From Catajapyx aquilonaris (lineage: Eukaryota), in the NCBI GenBank assembly GCA_000934665.2, contig JYFJ02002772.1, positions 1-51,243 on the forward strand: DNA of 51,243 nt. The letters run 5' to 3'. Below the pieces are notes generated by a model. It searched no databases and was not told where the DNA came from. It worked only from the letters and a program-made list of their open reading frames with translations. Shown here one piece after another: positions 23,721-38,723 of this stretch. The position numbers and the translations under genes are program-made. Each line of letters starts with the position of its first letter. The first letter of the stretch is position 1.

Positions 23721-26700
23721 TATAATACAAGCAACAAAAAAAAACTGCCTCCAAGGATCGTGCCTCCGAGGCTATTTCCTCATCCAGCCATATTGGATTT
23801 CATGGCTCATCCCGTGTATGCTTGCTAATTGAACAAAAATGGCACAGTGCCGTTAAGACATTCATGTTCTTTATGCCGGCGCAAAATATCACTTATATCT
23901 TCCAAACAGTCAGTCACGACAGATATAAAAAAGTAGTAGTGGGAAAATGGCATACCCTACATAAAAGTGTGTACGTGAGAATTGTTGTCACTGGCGCGTG
24001 TCTCAATCGGTTTGGAAATATTTTTCAAATTTTTTGAATGATTACAACAGTGCTGTCATAAATTGGAGAGTTTATGGCGACAAAAACCAATTTGCTTCCT
24101 GGGACTACCTGGGGAATAAATCAAAAAAAGATGGTAAAAAGTGAACAATTCCTGCTGAGATACTCCCAGGTAGGGCCGTGGGGACTCCAGCGCAATTGTT
24201 AATTGTGGCGGCTTTTTTTTCTTCTCATTCTTCTTTATTCCTCCAGCTAGACGGCTTTAAGCTCAAACTGGAAGATTTAGGTTGAGGACACGGAGTAAAG
24301 GCCCAGCCCACAAAGCACGATCCTCATTGTGCTGCAGTTGGGCCAAAGTAGCTGCCATTATGTCCGGACTTCTCCTTGCCACCAGGCCCACACATTACTA
24401 ACGTTTTATCTCCTTCATTTAATCTATCATTAATTCGCCCACTCAGGTTTGTCTCTCGTTTTTTTCTCTCTCTCTGCACATGGAGTTAGCCACATATTGG
24501 CTGCAACAATTGGAGGGCATAAACAATGAGCTGTGGACGTGATACCAGTTATTTTGCAACTATGTTATGGCGATCTAGTTGCTGTTGCCAGAGTATGAGT
24601 CACGTGCGTAGATTTTAATCGAAGAAAATTAGTTTAGGCTAATACAGGGTGCGCAAATAAGAGTGCTCTCGCTGATAGTCAGCTGAGAGCATAATTATCT
24701 GAATAGTGAAGGCGAGATAGTTGGAAGCTTGTTGCTATGGGAATGAATTCTTCTGGACTGGTGATCATATCAGTCGATGTTATATACGGGCTTCTGTCTG
24801 GAATTTTTGCCTGTCTGATGATTGGGATCGAGGTGCCTTAGTTTGCTTACTGGTTAACACGATGTGCATTATATAGTCGTGTAATATGGGCACAGTGCTG
24901 GAGTAATCTTGTCATCAGGATGCCTACAATGCTACTTCAGATTCCTTCATCCATTCCACCTCGTTAAATATAGAGTATAAATTGGTGTGTTATTATCGGA
25001 AGAGTCAAATAAGTTACGTGCGCACGTTAGAAGCACTTCTTTGTGGGCTTTATCTGTAGACGTGCCTCTGATTCAGTGGCACAATGACAGCGGATTACTC
25101 GGCTGATATGAGTTTGGATTTATGTACTGCATAACCAGAACTACTCAAGTGTGTCACGGCCCAAATATGTCAAAGTTGAAAGCACCTTCAGCTCTGTAAC
25201 ATATTAGTAAGTAACTGCAACAAATGTTTTTAAATGGGGCCGAAAGGAATGAACATTTTATATGGTACGCTCTCTTATTCAGTCATCAAAATAATTGCGA
25301 CCTTTATTTACTCATTGATCTTACCTTAACTTGCTCTGTGATGCTACATATCAATAACAGGCGTAATTATTAAAGAAAGTTTTATCTTAGTAATGAAGGC
25401 TTCCTGATTTGCAAAACTATTATAGTCACATTTAAGTTCAAATTTAGCAACTAAATACTGTATATGTACTGTACAGTAGAATTATGCGATGACTACTTCA
25501 AAACATTTCCCCCTTTCACAAGATTATTGGTACATTAACAATCACTTACTCCCTCATTTGTCATCTTGAGCTTCCATGGACAAACTTCTCTTGAACTCTT
25601 CCTCAATAAATTCAGGGTTTTCGACAGGCTACTTAACGATAATTCCCATAACGACAGCACTTTTTTTTCTTCAAAAGAGTGCTATTAGTAGGCTATAACC
25701 TTGTCAACAGCTTCATTATTAACTCATTAATAACCCCCCTTAGATTCGCAACAAACGCCCAGAAAAAGGCGTGGTGATTCCTATATAAGCAATGCTCCCA
25801 TCTCCATGGAATGCATAGGTGAAGAAGGTTGAGGTACAACACGCACCCATACCATCAGAGAAGAGTGTCAGACAAACCAAAGGCTGGCCAGGCCACGTCC
25901 TCTTTACGAGCATCTCCACCAGAGCCAGCGGGGGTTCCCCGCAATTCCCTGAATGGCTTTTGGCACGCAGGTGAGCGACGGACGTTGGGCGCATCGCACA
26001 TAATTCCTGAAAACCACCCGCGGGTTTAATGGAAGCCCCCGCAATTAAAAGGTCACGGGGAGGAGGTCGCCTCTGGGCAGCCGGTTTTAATTTGCGGTGT
26101 CAAGTCCGGCAGGAAAGTGGTCGGTCTGCCTCACTCGCTTTTAGGTCTGGAGAGTTTCATAGCCGTCGTAAATAATGAAGCGCACCTCAAGCACCCCTAA
26201 CCAAAATATTGCAGATTTTCCCAACAATGGACTTGACCTGCTTCTCCCCATTTTGCAAGTAATGTAGTCCAGTTTGCACCGAGCGGTTGGTGGAAATTAC
26301 CTGAAGAAATTTATATATCGAATCAAAATGATGGCTAAGCTGTGGTAATAAATAAACTCAGGGGGTACTCGACCTCGACCCGGTGGCAAATCCCAATAAG
26401 AAACGCCCCCCTCCCTAGAATTTTCCCTCACGAAATGCCGCGAAAAGGTCGCCGAGGATTGACGATAGCATCTCACTCGTAGGCGCACAAGTTTCCCTGG
26501 ACTCTTTTACATACACTCCAAGTCATTAGAAAGAAGTCTGATGTTCAAGAAAATTGCGTGAGGTCAAGCAGGTCATTTCTTATATTAGCACTTTACTGGG
26601 TGTTGCGCAATTGGCCAATTATCTGACCGAAAACCCTGCAATTAGTTTCGGTAGAGTCTACCATCCATCACTCTGTACCACTGGCGCATAAATAATAAAT

Positions 26701-29700
26701 CGAGCCAAGAGTGGAATGACAATGGCATCCGCTTCCTTAATGGAAATCTTCATAACTAGAAGAAGCGTGACCAGAGGAGACCTTGGAGACCACTCGAGGA
26801 AAGGTCGCGTGTTTTTTTCATTTTTGCAGCCTTCTTGTCCTCTTGCTGTCACCCACACCTGAGCCCAATCTCATTGACCTATCGCAACCCGAACTTGCCT
26901 AGGATATAAGGAGCCCCCATTAGGAAGCCCAAGTCTTTTGCACCCTCTGTCTCCTCCACTTTTCTTCTGGGCGTTTCTTTTTGGCGGAGGACCAAGCACC
27001 TGAGGTCTCTCGATGGACCGCCCCGGACCAAGGCTGATGAGCACTCTTTCGCAATTACAACATGGGCGTGGTCATTTCCTAATATATAAGAAGAAAAAGA
27101 GGGAGAAACTCCAGGAGGCATAGGGTGACCGATTAAATACGGGTTTTTGCTATGGAATTTAGCCAATTTCTGAATAAATATTTTATGGAAATATTGATGC
27201 AATATCTATAAAAGAAAAATTGAGCCATCTGCTTCTTAAATAACTTAATTTAGTTATGTATTTATTTCTGAAGTCCATACTACCCATTTCCTTTTTCCTT
27301 TTGTGTTTATGTAAAGAATATCAAAAGTAAAAGAATTAAATAATTAAATAATGCCAGAAAAATGGTGCTTGATATGGACATAAAATAATGCAAAAATATT
27401 TTGATGAACGAAGTGACCTCACTTGACCATGCAAAAATTTATGTTTGCTTCAAAAGTATGGCCTCCAACCCCGGACAGGGACAACACATAATTCTTCCCA
27501 TATTTATGTACAGTACATTTCAACTTACGGGCGTTCCTGTTCGATTCCTATTAATTATTACTCTGGCGTGACCTGAACCGATCTGATTTTTTCCTAGCGG
27601 ATTTTACGAGAATGGTCACATAACGAACAAAATATGTCTGGCATCCTTTAGAGTTTAGATCGGATTATAACTTTCCCTGACAGCCTTATGGACAATTAGT
27701 GGTGGATTAGCCGGGCTATCAATTTAACCCGATATCATCAGAGTGCACCAAGCGTCAAGATACGCCTTCACATTGTTTCACATAAGCTCCCATGCACTAT
27801 TTGGGCATAACTGGCTCCCAGCCGATTAATGGCACGGTTGGACAGTACAAGAACTTTCAATCAGACGAATCGAACTGGCATAGGTCCAGATTGACTTCTG
27901 GTCGACAGTCATCAGATTTTTTTGAATTGGAGCGCGTGAAATTGCTCCACACTTGATCACAGTCGGGGAGGAGTGGACAAGCCAGAAGAGTAGATGATTC
28001 CAGAAGCTGGTCCAGTCCCCCTAATCTGACTCGACCTGAATACGAGATGAAGGAGAGGGACAATGGCCCCTCCCTCCTTCGCGCACCCTGATTTCTGCGG
28101 AATTTTTTCGCCACGTCCATCCAACCACTTCTTGTAAAAAGCAGCAATGGAAAGTCAGATGTTTGTTGTGCTAAATTCAATTTATTAATTGTTATTACTG
28201 TATTGATGTGCAGAAGATTTTAAACAATGGCTAAACTCTTCCTATTTGCACGTATTACCTACTCTTACAAAAATGCGGTTACGCGGATTGCTACCTGGTT
28301 GCTACAGGTTGTGTGAAAAAAATTTCGCGTGTCTTTCCGTAGGATCGAGAGAAATCAAACCAGATGCTGTCCGCTGCCTCCTTGATAAGTAATGTCCATT
28401 GGCGACGCTGTACAGGAGCTGTACGTGCTTTTTATGCTTTTTTTCCTGTCATGAGTAAACATCAAGTGTCGCCCGGAAACTGGTTTGGCTGAATTCCTCT
28501 GCATTGTTTCAAGCGAAGAGGAGAGATTGAGAGTGGCAATCGAGAAGCAAGTGAACATAAGTTTCATTACGTAATTCCCTGCCAAGGCATGTTATTTACG
28601 ACTCTACTCTTTTTAAAGAGTAGATCCTCTAGCACAGTGATACTGTAAGTGCTAAGAGAGTTAACATGTTGCAAAACCTGAAGATAATTATGACAGCTCC
28701 TGTTATGAATATAATTGTGTAATTTTTGTCGTTTTTGCTACGAAATTGCTGGCAGACAAACCGCAAAAACTTGCGTTAGAAATCATCAGGTTTTCAGGTG
28801 TCCGGTGAAAATCGCGTGTGGTTTACCATATACCTTCAACCCCTATCAGCCAAGGCGTGTCTCTCATCACACAATTTTTTTTTAAGTGTGTATATAATGC
28901 GCAGTGTAGAAAGTGATGCTTACTTTCTCTATGATCATTACATCCGGCGAAGAGCACATTTTGGCACAGTTTTTTGGAAGCTTCTCCTTGAATTGGCCTC
29001 AGGCGCCGGCGCCTGAGACCATCCTCATCTGAGGGCCGAATGATGACCAGGTGCGGAGGAAGGCCGTTCTTCATACCACTCTTGAGAATACTAAGCAGTC
29101 TTTCTGGACCCGGTTGCAGATGCTCTCCTTTCCTGTTCCTTTTTTTTTCTTTCCACGTTTCGACACACCTTATCCACATGGGTGGAGTCGCAGTCCAACT
29201 ACCTTCTTTAGCCTCTGGGGAAGTTGAGTTTTCTCTTGGAGAGTTGTCTGTAAGAAACTCTTTGCTTTTTCTACTTCCCTTCGTGTTAGGATCACCATTT
29301 GAAGGATCCGCAGTTATGCGACATGATGAGGATCGTGTGTGGTAAGATTGGACTTGGGCCGGTTATGCTGTCATGCAGGATGTGCTCCGTCACGATGCAT
29401 GCGGATAATTATTGCTCCGCACTGGACCCACCCAAGCGCAATATTAATCATTTCTATTGATTCATTTTTGCAAAGTAATTCATGCATATTTGCAGGAAAA
29501 TTCCATAAAAGTAACAGTGATTTTTTTTTCAAGTCGTGTAAGGACACGTTATTCATGACTGATCTTGGTAGCACAAATCTTCGCCATTTTGCAAGCTGGA
29601 GAAAGGGTGCCCCCCAGTGCTAATGACTGGAAAATATTGCAACCGCGTGTTCATATATACCTCCCTCCGATTTTTGCATTGACCAGAGGCCAAGTAGCTT

Positions 29701-32269
29701 CCATAAATAATTGCCTGGAGGGCAACGATGTGTCCTGATCGTGGGCCGTTCGTCTTCGAATTAGGCGGAAACCTGGTGTAATAAGTGAAGATTAGAGTGG
29801 TGATAGTTCCCGTCGTGAACAACTTAGGTGGGAAGCAGGTTGTGACAAAATGCTCCCAAAATTTTGCAAAAAAAACAACAACAACATTTAACACCAAATT
29901 TTATTTGTGGTGTTAAAATAATGCGGCGCCTTGTCCCTCTTCTGGGCAAATATGGTGGTAATTTGAAAATGACAGGCGTCAGGTCAGGTGTCCAGGCCAA
30001 GGGCTAACTAGACCTGACCGACCGGTGTTGGAAAATATGTCCCGGAGGAATAATTTTCCGCATGTGGGTGACGGCTAGGCCAGAATACCACCGATTTACA
30101 CCTAATGACCGGTGAGACAAAACAGGTTTCTTTTTGGGAGGGACAGGTTGATTTTGCCAGGTTTGCCATCACAATAATGCTGCGCGGAACACAGATGTTG
30201 AAGAAATCGACGAAATTTTTTTCTTCTTCGTTAGTGCAAATTTTTTCGTTTCTTTTGTCGTGTCCACGGGGTATAAAGATGTCGTATAGTTAAGGGTAGG
30301 CTTGTCCGTCGATAAATCTCACTTTCCCTGCGGAAAGAGGCCACCGGGGAGTAGTTGTAGTAGTGGTCATTCCTGCAGTGGCAGTCCAGTCCGATGCATA
30401 ATTTTTCTGGAGGTGGTCAATTCGGTAGCTTGCCCCTCGTCGCATGACTAGACACGTGGAAACACTTTATCATCACTCCGCATTATATTACCGTATTTCT
30501 CGACGCTAATGTTGTTGCACTCACATAAATGATCTTGCAGTGAAGCATCATACTTGTCATGGTGCTGGCCGTACATATTGCCTAGTGTCACCAACATGAT
30601 AAGGAAGATATATATTGCAATGTGGTTATAAAGTTATTTATTGCAATAAGTAACACAGGGAGTTGCTTGTGTATTAATTAATTTATTAGTTACACCCCGT
30701 CAAAATCGTACATTTAGACATGTTGAGCTATAGCTAAAGGTGCCTAAATGTACTATTTTGACTTGTTATTACGTATTCGTAATAACAATATTTCGTCATT
30801 AATAGATATGAAAAATAGAAATTTTTGGAATAGCCACATTTTGTTCCTTGCTCTATTCCATTGCATCATCAATTAAATTTTACAAGTACTAACAATAAAA
30901 TAAGCGAATAAATTTTTTTACTGACGTTCATGCAATGGATGAATTAGTTTTATTAAAAGATCTTCCGAATTAGTTGAACTGGAAGTATATACGACACTTA
31001 AGTTTGTTTATATAGTGCCAAGCATCTATTAGCGCCGAACGGCCCGTTAAAACGGTTGGAAAATTCCGGGGCTTAAATGAATTACTTGTGTTTTCTACAT
31101 ACACTTCCATGGCTATAAATCAACGAGATCTTCCCGCCCACAATTTATGCCTCGTCCGCAAAATTCAGGTTCCGTCGCTTACAAGCTTCCACCTTGCAAA
31201 GGCGACAGTAATTTAAAATTTACAGCCCATGTAAAGTAAATGACAGCAGTCCTCTCCAATCATCGCAAAAACGCATACTTTCCACGTGTGCACTCGCATT
31301 TTCCGCGTCAAAATCATACCAGCACATGTCCCTACCACAGCGCATACTGGTTTGGTCTCTCATACGCAATACACGTTTTTTTGATTTACACCATAATTGG
31401 AGCGCCTTGCTCTTTTTTTTTGCATACATGTAAAAGTTGGGCAGACTTGGCCCAGCAAGCCATCATGGCGTCCCTTACCCTTCTCACCTGACTTTTCTTA
31501 TCACCATATATTTGCATTCAATTAGTAGGCATCAGGCAGTGGCAGAAAAAGGGCCAAACAGGTTTCGGGTGGGGTTTGGGGAGCGATTTAAGGAGTGCAA
31601 AGCTGGATTTTCTGTGCTTTTGTTGCGCCGGACGCCTACCTAGAACGTGTGGCCGTGTGAGGATTTGTGTCGCACTCGCCGAGAAGGCAGGGTGAAAAAT
31701 GGGGCCCAAGCACTGATCTCTCGATCGCAATAAATATTAGACTAGTTCCGACCAGTACGGTTTTCATTGGCACAAAAATTTTGCACGGAATATGCCACTC
31801 CCACCATCGCAAATTATAGTCGACCTGGAAAAATCATCACTTGCTGGAGCGCATTTTTGCGCCTCTTTTCAGTCTCGTAATAAGTTGCATTCAGACACGC
31901 AAAGATACATCTAACTAGTGCGCTATACATATGCTACGTGCCGTGTACACAAATGACTCTAATGTGCAAAGAAAATGCATTGCCGTGGGAATCTCAACCG
32001 GAAGAAATGAAGCTGATGTCATCGCACTTAGATGAGCTCGGTTGGAGATATTTGCATTTAAATAACTAATAGGTGTTGCTCATTTTAATAAATTTAATAA
32101 TGTATTAATATTTTCATCAACTATTTATTAATTAGTTCATGAGTTATTTTATTTGATATTTCATTAATTATTTTGTTAATTGTTTTATTGCTTGTATTCC
32201 TTAATTTTTGTTAATTTTTTGCAAATTATTTTAATAATTGTTTCATTAATTACTTCAATAATTGTTTCA

Positions 32270-32655
32270 TTAATTATTTTGTAAATTATTTCAATGATTA
32301 TTTTGTAAATTATTTCAATGATTATTTTGTAAATTATTTCAATGATTATTTTGTAAATTATTTCAATGATTATTTTGTAAATTATTTCAATAATTATTTT
32401 GTAAATTATTTCAATAATTGTTTCATGAATTATTTGGTGATTTTTTTAAATTCGTTTTATTAGTTCATAAGCAGCCTAGCAGTAAATTATTTCAATGATT
32501 ATTTTGTAAATTATTTCAATGATTATTTTGTAAATTATTTCAATGATTATTTTGTAAATTATTTCAATAATTATTTTGTAAATTATTTCAATAATTGTTT
32601 CATGAATTATTTGGTGATTTTTTTAAATTCGTTTTATTAGTTCATAAGCAGCCTA
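32270..32655. repeat. AT-rich 24-bp minisatellite (GTAAATTATTTCAATGATTATTTT)n with a higher-order 174-bp duplication
   Basis: Units start at 32281, 32305, 32329, 32353, 32377 and at 32482, 32506, 32530, 32554. The block 32305-32478 is repeated at 32482-32655, including the unique tail ...ttagttcataagcagccta. Confidence 0.95.
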
Positions 32656-32669
32656 TGCTTAGTAAAGAT

Positions 32670-32748
32670 AGCACAGACTGGGAATCGAACCCGGAACTTT
32701 CCAGCATATATGAGTCGCAGGTGCCATTTCTCCATTTCCTCGTGGGCT
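32670..32748 (-). mobile_element. tRNA-like head (Met CAT-like loop), SINE-type
   Basis: The minus strand has T-arm CCGGG-TTCGATT-CCCAG, loop CT-CAT-AT and partially pairing ends AGCCCAC...CTGTGCT. The A box is degenerate. Confidence 0.5.
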
Positions 32749-35404
32749 AATGGCCGTTGATGTGCGGGCAGAAGCAAAGTGTGCGTGAACTTTTGTCTTA
32801 ACCCCCTCATTCTCCTTCGGGGCAATCGTGATGAGCCGCTCATTCCCCCCAAAATCACTACTAATGGTGAGAACCGCAGCCGATGCATTTTAATTGAAAC
32901 GCAAGTAAGAAAAAAAAAGCATCTTAAGAGAAAAGGTGGGCACCAAGAAGCTGGGGCCATCAACGCCCCGTCAAAATATTATTATCATGCTAGTCACACG
33001 ATACTCCACTTGCTTCGAAATTAATCCCCAGACTAATATCCTGTCAGTGCTGTACGTCATAGTATTCCCCTGATGGCTATCTCCATTATTCCGTAGGCTG
33101 TGCAGGTTTCTTGTGGACGGATCAGAAAGAAGCGTTATGAGAATATAATGTCACTGTTGCTTATTTTTTTCAAAACTGGTTGCTGTATGTACAATATTTT
33201 TTTGAACCTGTTAAATCAGGTCGCGAGCATCGCCCTCGATTGGACTTTCGAGACATGTAGATACGTAGTCTCATCCGTAGTCTCCCCACACATTGAGCAA
33301 ACAAGAAATGCGGGGCACTCCTACTCTTTTTCGTCCCACACGCGTGTACACATACGGGCCACCCCTAATCGAAAATTATTATATCAGAATCTACTTGAGG
33401 CCCGTCACGCTGGAACAATTTCACACTTTCATCTCTGCCCTTCTTTCATCCACGCCTAGGACACCTTTACGGCTTCATATAAAGTTATGCGGTCTAGGGA
33501 TGAGTCGTAAAACCCAGCATTGTTATAAGTCTGGTGGCATAGCAATTAAATATGCATATTAGTACGACTATAGTGGTCATACTCCCTCGCAAAAAAATAC
33601 AAGAGACAACGACCCAGTGTTTAGGTTAGTAGTACTAACAGTAATATCTGATTGAAGCAGTTGCTCCCGGCCTTTCAAATTACTCTATGACACGTTCTCA
33701 CAATTTACACGCATTGTATAGCGTATCTACGCCCTTTCCCTCTCAGAACTATTCGTCTGAGTCACTACTCCACAGCTGGTAGTTTGTAAGATCGGCCCCC
33801 ATAATTTTAGTCTGTGTATTACGTCTTTTAATGTCGGCTACCGGCACGTTACAAGCGGATACAATAGAGGAGCGATATCCTTGCAGATATGCGGCTAAGT
33901 TGTCCGCCGTGTTTTGCTGCCGGTCACAGTTTATAGTGTAGAACACGTGATCACTGTTAGATTGCTGTAGATAGTTGTGTTAACCTCTTGCATCAGCTAA
34001 TGGCGATTTATAGTTGCTTAGTTGACTGGCCTTCATTTTGAAGAAAATGTGCTCTATTATTAATCTAGCAATGCCAATCCACTAAAATAGTTCAAATCTG
34101 AATAGTACATAGGCCGACTATTGCTTACAAAACCAAAGAGTGACAGATTTACCGTCCGATACGTTTTGTCCTAAAATTCATCAAGACACGCCCATAACAT
34201 TTTTTCCTTCGTAGGACTTGCCTCCGCCCGTATGTAGCACGATTGCGCTCATCAAGGACGCACATACTCTCATATGAAAAAAAAAGCATTCCTTCGAGAA
34301 CAAAAAGTCGTTATCGTTCCATCAGATATACACAGCGTAACTTCATGAGTCAGAGTGGCAATTTGCAGGTGTCTGTCACCCTGGGCCTCTATGAATGAAA
34401 GGAATACCCCGACACACTTCTGCTGCACTTACATAACCCGCCCCTCTTAATGTAAGTGCCATGCGAATAAGAATCGGTTTCTTTTCTGCAAGTTTGCACA
34501 GGTCTACCCCCCATTAGTCCACCTTAATTTGGCCAATTGTTGAGCGCGCCACTAACGTATCCTTAACCCTAATTATCCAGCTCCAGGAAGAAAAAGGGGT
34601 TGGAAGTTTTTCTTCGGAGGATTTACCTTACCTGGCGGAGGTTGAAGATTTTTCCAGGTGATTTCGGACGGATGGCACCTGGGGCGAGGGCTGGCCGTGA
34701 CGATGTTACTTTTCGCTATCTTTCTTTTCTGCATTGTTGTGGGCCCTAGGGGCGAACTTCGCACCGTTAGCTTCTCCCACGATCTTAAAGCTGCCTTGAA
34801 ATAAAAACGCAACCTGTGACGAAATGATTCTAACCTAGTTCGCGGTTCGGGAAGGGGACGATGCAGAATTATTATTGGGACGGATTCCCTTTTTAGTAAA
34901 TCTCTCGCTTTCTATAGCCATTAATTATGTTATTGTGATGTCCCGCCCGTGTGCGGGAGTGAGGTGTGTAATTTTATATTAAGGTAAAAACAACGCAGAT
35001 GTAGGAAATTGTCTGGGTAAGATGAATCTCCCCGTGTAATTTCCGGCTGTACAAGAAATGGGAAGGTGTGGCTGGAGGCTTCGTTTTTGCGGAAGAAATT
35101 CACACATGTGCTGAGTAACTTTCCATTGCAGTGCGTCCCATTTTTTTTGCAGATATTAAGAATGAGTCTAAATTAATGGTGCATAAAATCATGTACTGTC
35201 AGACGTAGAAGTGTTGGTTTAGTTTATTAGAAGAGCCGATGAAATTAGGCCGTGGGGCATGATAGTATCGAAGAATGACATTTCAATTTTGTAAGATAGC
35301 TTCTGACTACACCTGTCATTATCTGGGCACAATTTTTAATTTTTAAAATACATCTACGTACATGACTATAGGCTACTATATCGCCCAAAATCGTCACAAA
35401 ATGG

Positions 35405-35442
35405 TCAAAAAATTAGGGAACTATAGTTCCCTAATTTTTTGA
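35405..35442. repeat. Perfect 38-bp palindrome
   Basis: TCAAAAAATTAGGGAACTA|TAGTTCCCTAATTTTTTGA, with no spacer. Confidence 0.9.
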
Positions 35443-38400
35443 TCCGTGCTTTTATTTCCAGCGAAAATGTAAACACACATTACTCTTTCAACCTGTCACA
35501 TAATAATAAGGTGCAATACATGTAAAATATGAGTAAAGTTTAGTCGTACAGAAATTTATTATCAACATGATTGTTTACAAAGGTACGGTAACTTAATTCC
35601 ACACTTCAGCTGGAACAAGCGGTAATAGATACCTGTGTTCTTATAATACGTAATTCTGACGAAAATTATGCTTTACGTGATAAGCATATCTGAATAAGTA
35701 CTGAAACCAAAAAGAAATGCAAAAGCGCGGTTAACAAAGCCAAGTTTTCAAAACATGTCAGCAATTACCGCCCATCTACCCTTTTTTACTCCCGATTTCC
35801 CTGACGACATGATGGATTATTCTCCAACCGCTTTTGATACGATCGGAAGCCACCTTGCACTTTTACGAATCAGTCACGTCCTCCGCGCACCGAAGGTGAT
35901 AGTAGCCTACGATCCCCCACTCGAATTGTAAACCGCCCTATACCTAGAAGGGGGGTGGAATAAACAGAAACCGTTTTCCCACGTTCGACTTTGGCCAGGC
36001 GCGACCATAGAATTCCCTGGGGATTCAATTAGTGGCTACTCACTCCACGACTTTGTTCTTCGGGATACCATCTCGATAGATTCGCCAACTCATAGACTTC
36101 TTATATACACACACCTACAGCTGATTTCTACCAGCACACGCGGGACTTGTCGGCAAAGTCTCGCCTTACAAGCCTACTCCCCACAGAGCGGATTAAACAT
36201 TGGCACAACGTGAGACGCAAACGCAATTCCACCCCCGGGGATCTTCCAGAAGGAATGGTCCAGCTCATCACCGCGCGATGCCGAATAATTCCGGTTGTAA
36301 ACGGGCCCTAATCCCTCGTGGGGTCCCTGTCTTCCGGGGAGCGGAACCCCGTAGCGGCGGCGTCCCCTCAGATTCGCCCGTTAAAATAATGGCCGCCGTC
36401 GGGCCGTACGTTCGCTACCAGAAAAGTAGTGGTCTGGCATCCAACAGAGATGCTGGAGCTTAAAGAGCGTATACACATGCCACCGAGCACATGTTTATTA
36501 GGTCGGGGAAAAAGCAAAATGCGGGCGTTTTACTAAAAGATTTGTGGAGGAATGCAGAGCGCAGGTGGTGCGTTCACACGGGGCGATGTCGCTCCGAGCA
36601 GGTGTTGGAAGGTCGTTGCTTTTTGGGATTAGAACGATTCCGGAGCAGGTTTTTTTTTCGAGGAGGATGGTATAGGTAAAGGAAAAATATTAGCACGGGA
36701 ATGAAAGTATTGTGTGTTTTCCCACCGACTTTTCTTGTGCAGTGATTCTGGGAGGAGGGAGGTGGTTGGTTGTGTTTCCCTTTCGCGGTTTGAGAACGGG
36801 AACTGCACAAGTTCACAGGTGAAACCGAGGAATTTACTGTCCCGGACGGCACATCTGCCCCGTAACACACCCTCTTTTCTAGAACCTCTTTTTTTTTACC
36901 TAGCCCTGACCAGTACTTTCTCTTTCCCCAGAGCATCATTGCTACTTATCCACGCCCATTTTCAACTTCACTGCGTCTTACTGCTTGGATTTTTGCTCGT
37001 TTCCTACAAGGCGAGTAACAATCCATCTTTAACCTTGACATGTGGCATCTTGTATTCGAAGCAATGTACCGGAAAATATGATGTGAACGAGATGTCTAGT
37101 GCCTATTATAATCATACGATACTGACGTCTGCAAAAATAAAAAAAAACTGAGCATGCTATTATCAGATATCTGTGATATCGCAGCCTGTTGTCATTCTAT
37201 CAGAAAATGTCAAGGACTGGTCTGCACCAGAAAAGGAGGCGTCACATAAAAGTGTTTTTGTCATACCCACTGACAACAGAGGTTGTATCTTCAATAATAG
37301 AGACACACGAGTGACACTCACAAGTCAGCTTTTTATATTGATAGCTTGAGCTGTGAATATTCTGATATGACTATTCAGATCGTGACAAATCACTGTGAAA
37401 GTCAGCTTAAAATTTTTGTTGTTCGTAAAATGGTTGCCTAATCCTGATGGCTTGGAACGATATATCAAACGAAATTGTGGCTTTTAAACAGGTTTGCACA
37501 AAATTTTAACTACACCGGTCCCAGCATCACTGGTTCACTTTCTGTCCCAGTTCATCACCAGTATACGGACGCAATGCGGCATAGAGTGTTGGGGGGCCGG
37601 TCCCTAATTGAGTTTGTCACGTCTTATAGCAGTAGGAGGGGACAAGAAGCTGGGCGGCATTTTTCCAATTCCCCCCGCCTGGTCGTTTACTTGTTTTTAC
37701 CCGGCTACCGAAGCACGAAGTGTCTGCACGAGGTGTGTTAAGTGGTCACCCAAGCCCACCCAAACGCTGCTCTAATGGTTGCCCGCCTAATTGCGCCAGC
37801 ACCACAAGACCAGAAAAGTACAACCAGCGCCCGGTTCCATAACGAGTCTCGCTGGTCTCCATTTCGCCAAAATGAAATCATCATCCGAGGGTTCACCCTC
37901 CAGGCAGGGACATTCGACAGGTTCCCCACTAAGCCAACCCATAAGTTATGGCCACATTCGGAACTTTCCCTTGTAAATTATACCGGCGCTTCTCCACGTC
38001 TATTTTTCCATGTGGATAATATTGTATTGTCTTAATGTTGCCGAATGGTCACGATGAAACATATTGCAAAAAACAATGTGGGTCATGTATGAATTAAATG
38101 CCTTCGTGCTTTGTATTAACCAGAACTTAACTGGCAACTTTTTTTTTTGTTTCCTCCATTTTTCTTTTGAAAATTCAGGCTGCATAGTAGCATCTTCTCA
38201 AATAGCGTGATGAATGGTCTGCGTGACGGCTAGGGCGTAAGGCTTTTGGGCATTTCGTATGTGACCTCTTGGCCCATCGGACCCCGTGTAATTAGCCCGT
38301 AGATTGCACCGGGCCTCGCACTAATTAAAATCAGCATCGAAATTACACGCTAGGCAGCGCCGGGGTCATCACAATTACAGGTTGTAGACCCAGAACAGGT

Positions 38401-38723
38401 AGCAAGGTGGATGATAGCAGGCCAGGAAGTCACTGCTCAACTTATACACATTAAACAGCCCCCTCTTCTTGCCCTGGCAGGCTGCACCTTGAGGCCACCC
38501 TGGCTTGAATTCCTTGAGACAGTTTCAGGTTGCATGTGGTTCCTTTTTCTATGCCAGGTTCAGCACTTTGGATGGGGAAAGTTGTGTGTACCGGAGGCAC
38601 AGGAAGAAAATTATTTGCTCCCTAGAGACAATTTTAGCTGCTGGATTTCCGTCATCTTTAAAAGTGACGAGCATACCATAATAATCCTTACCTGTGCAGT
38701 TATTTTGATTTTTCTTAGCAACT

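Noticed and set aside
32270..32655. CRISPR-like array
   Set aside because: The units are contiguous with no unique spacers, the context is eukaryotic, and there are no cas genes.
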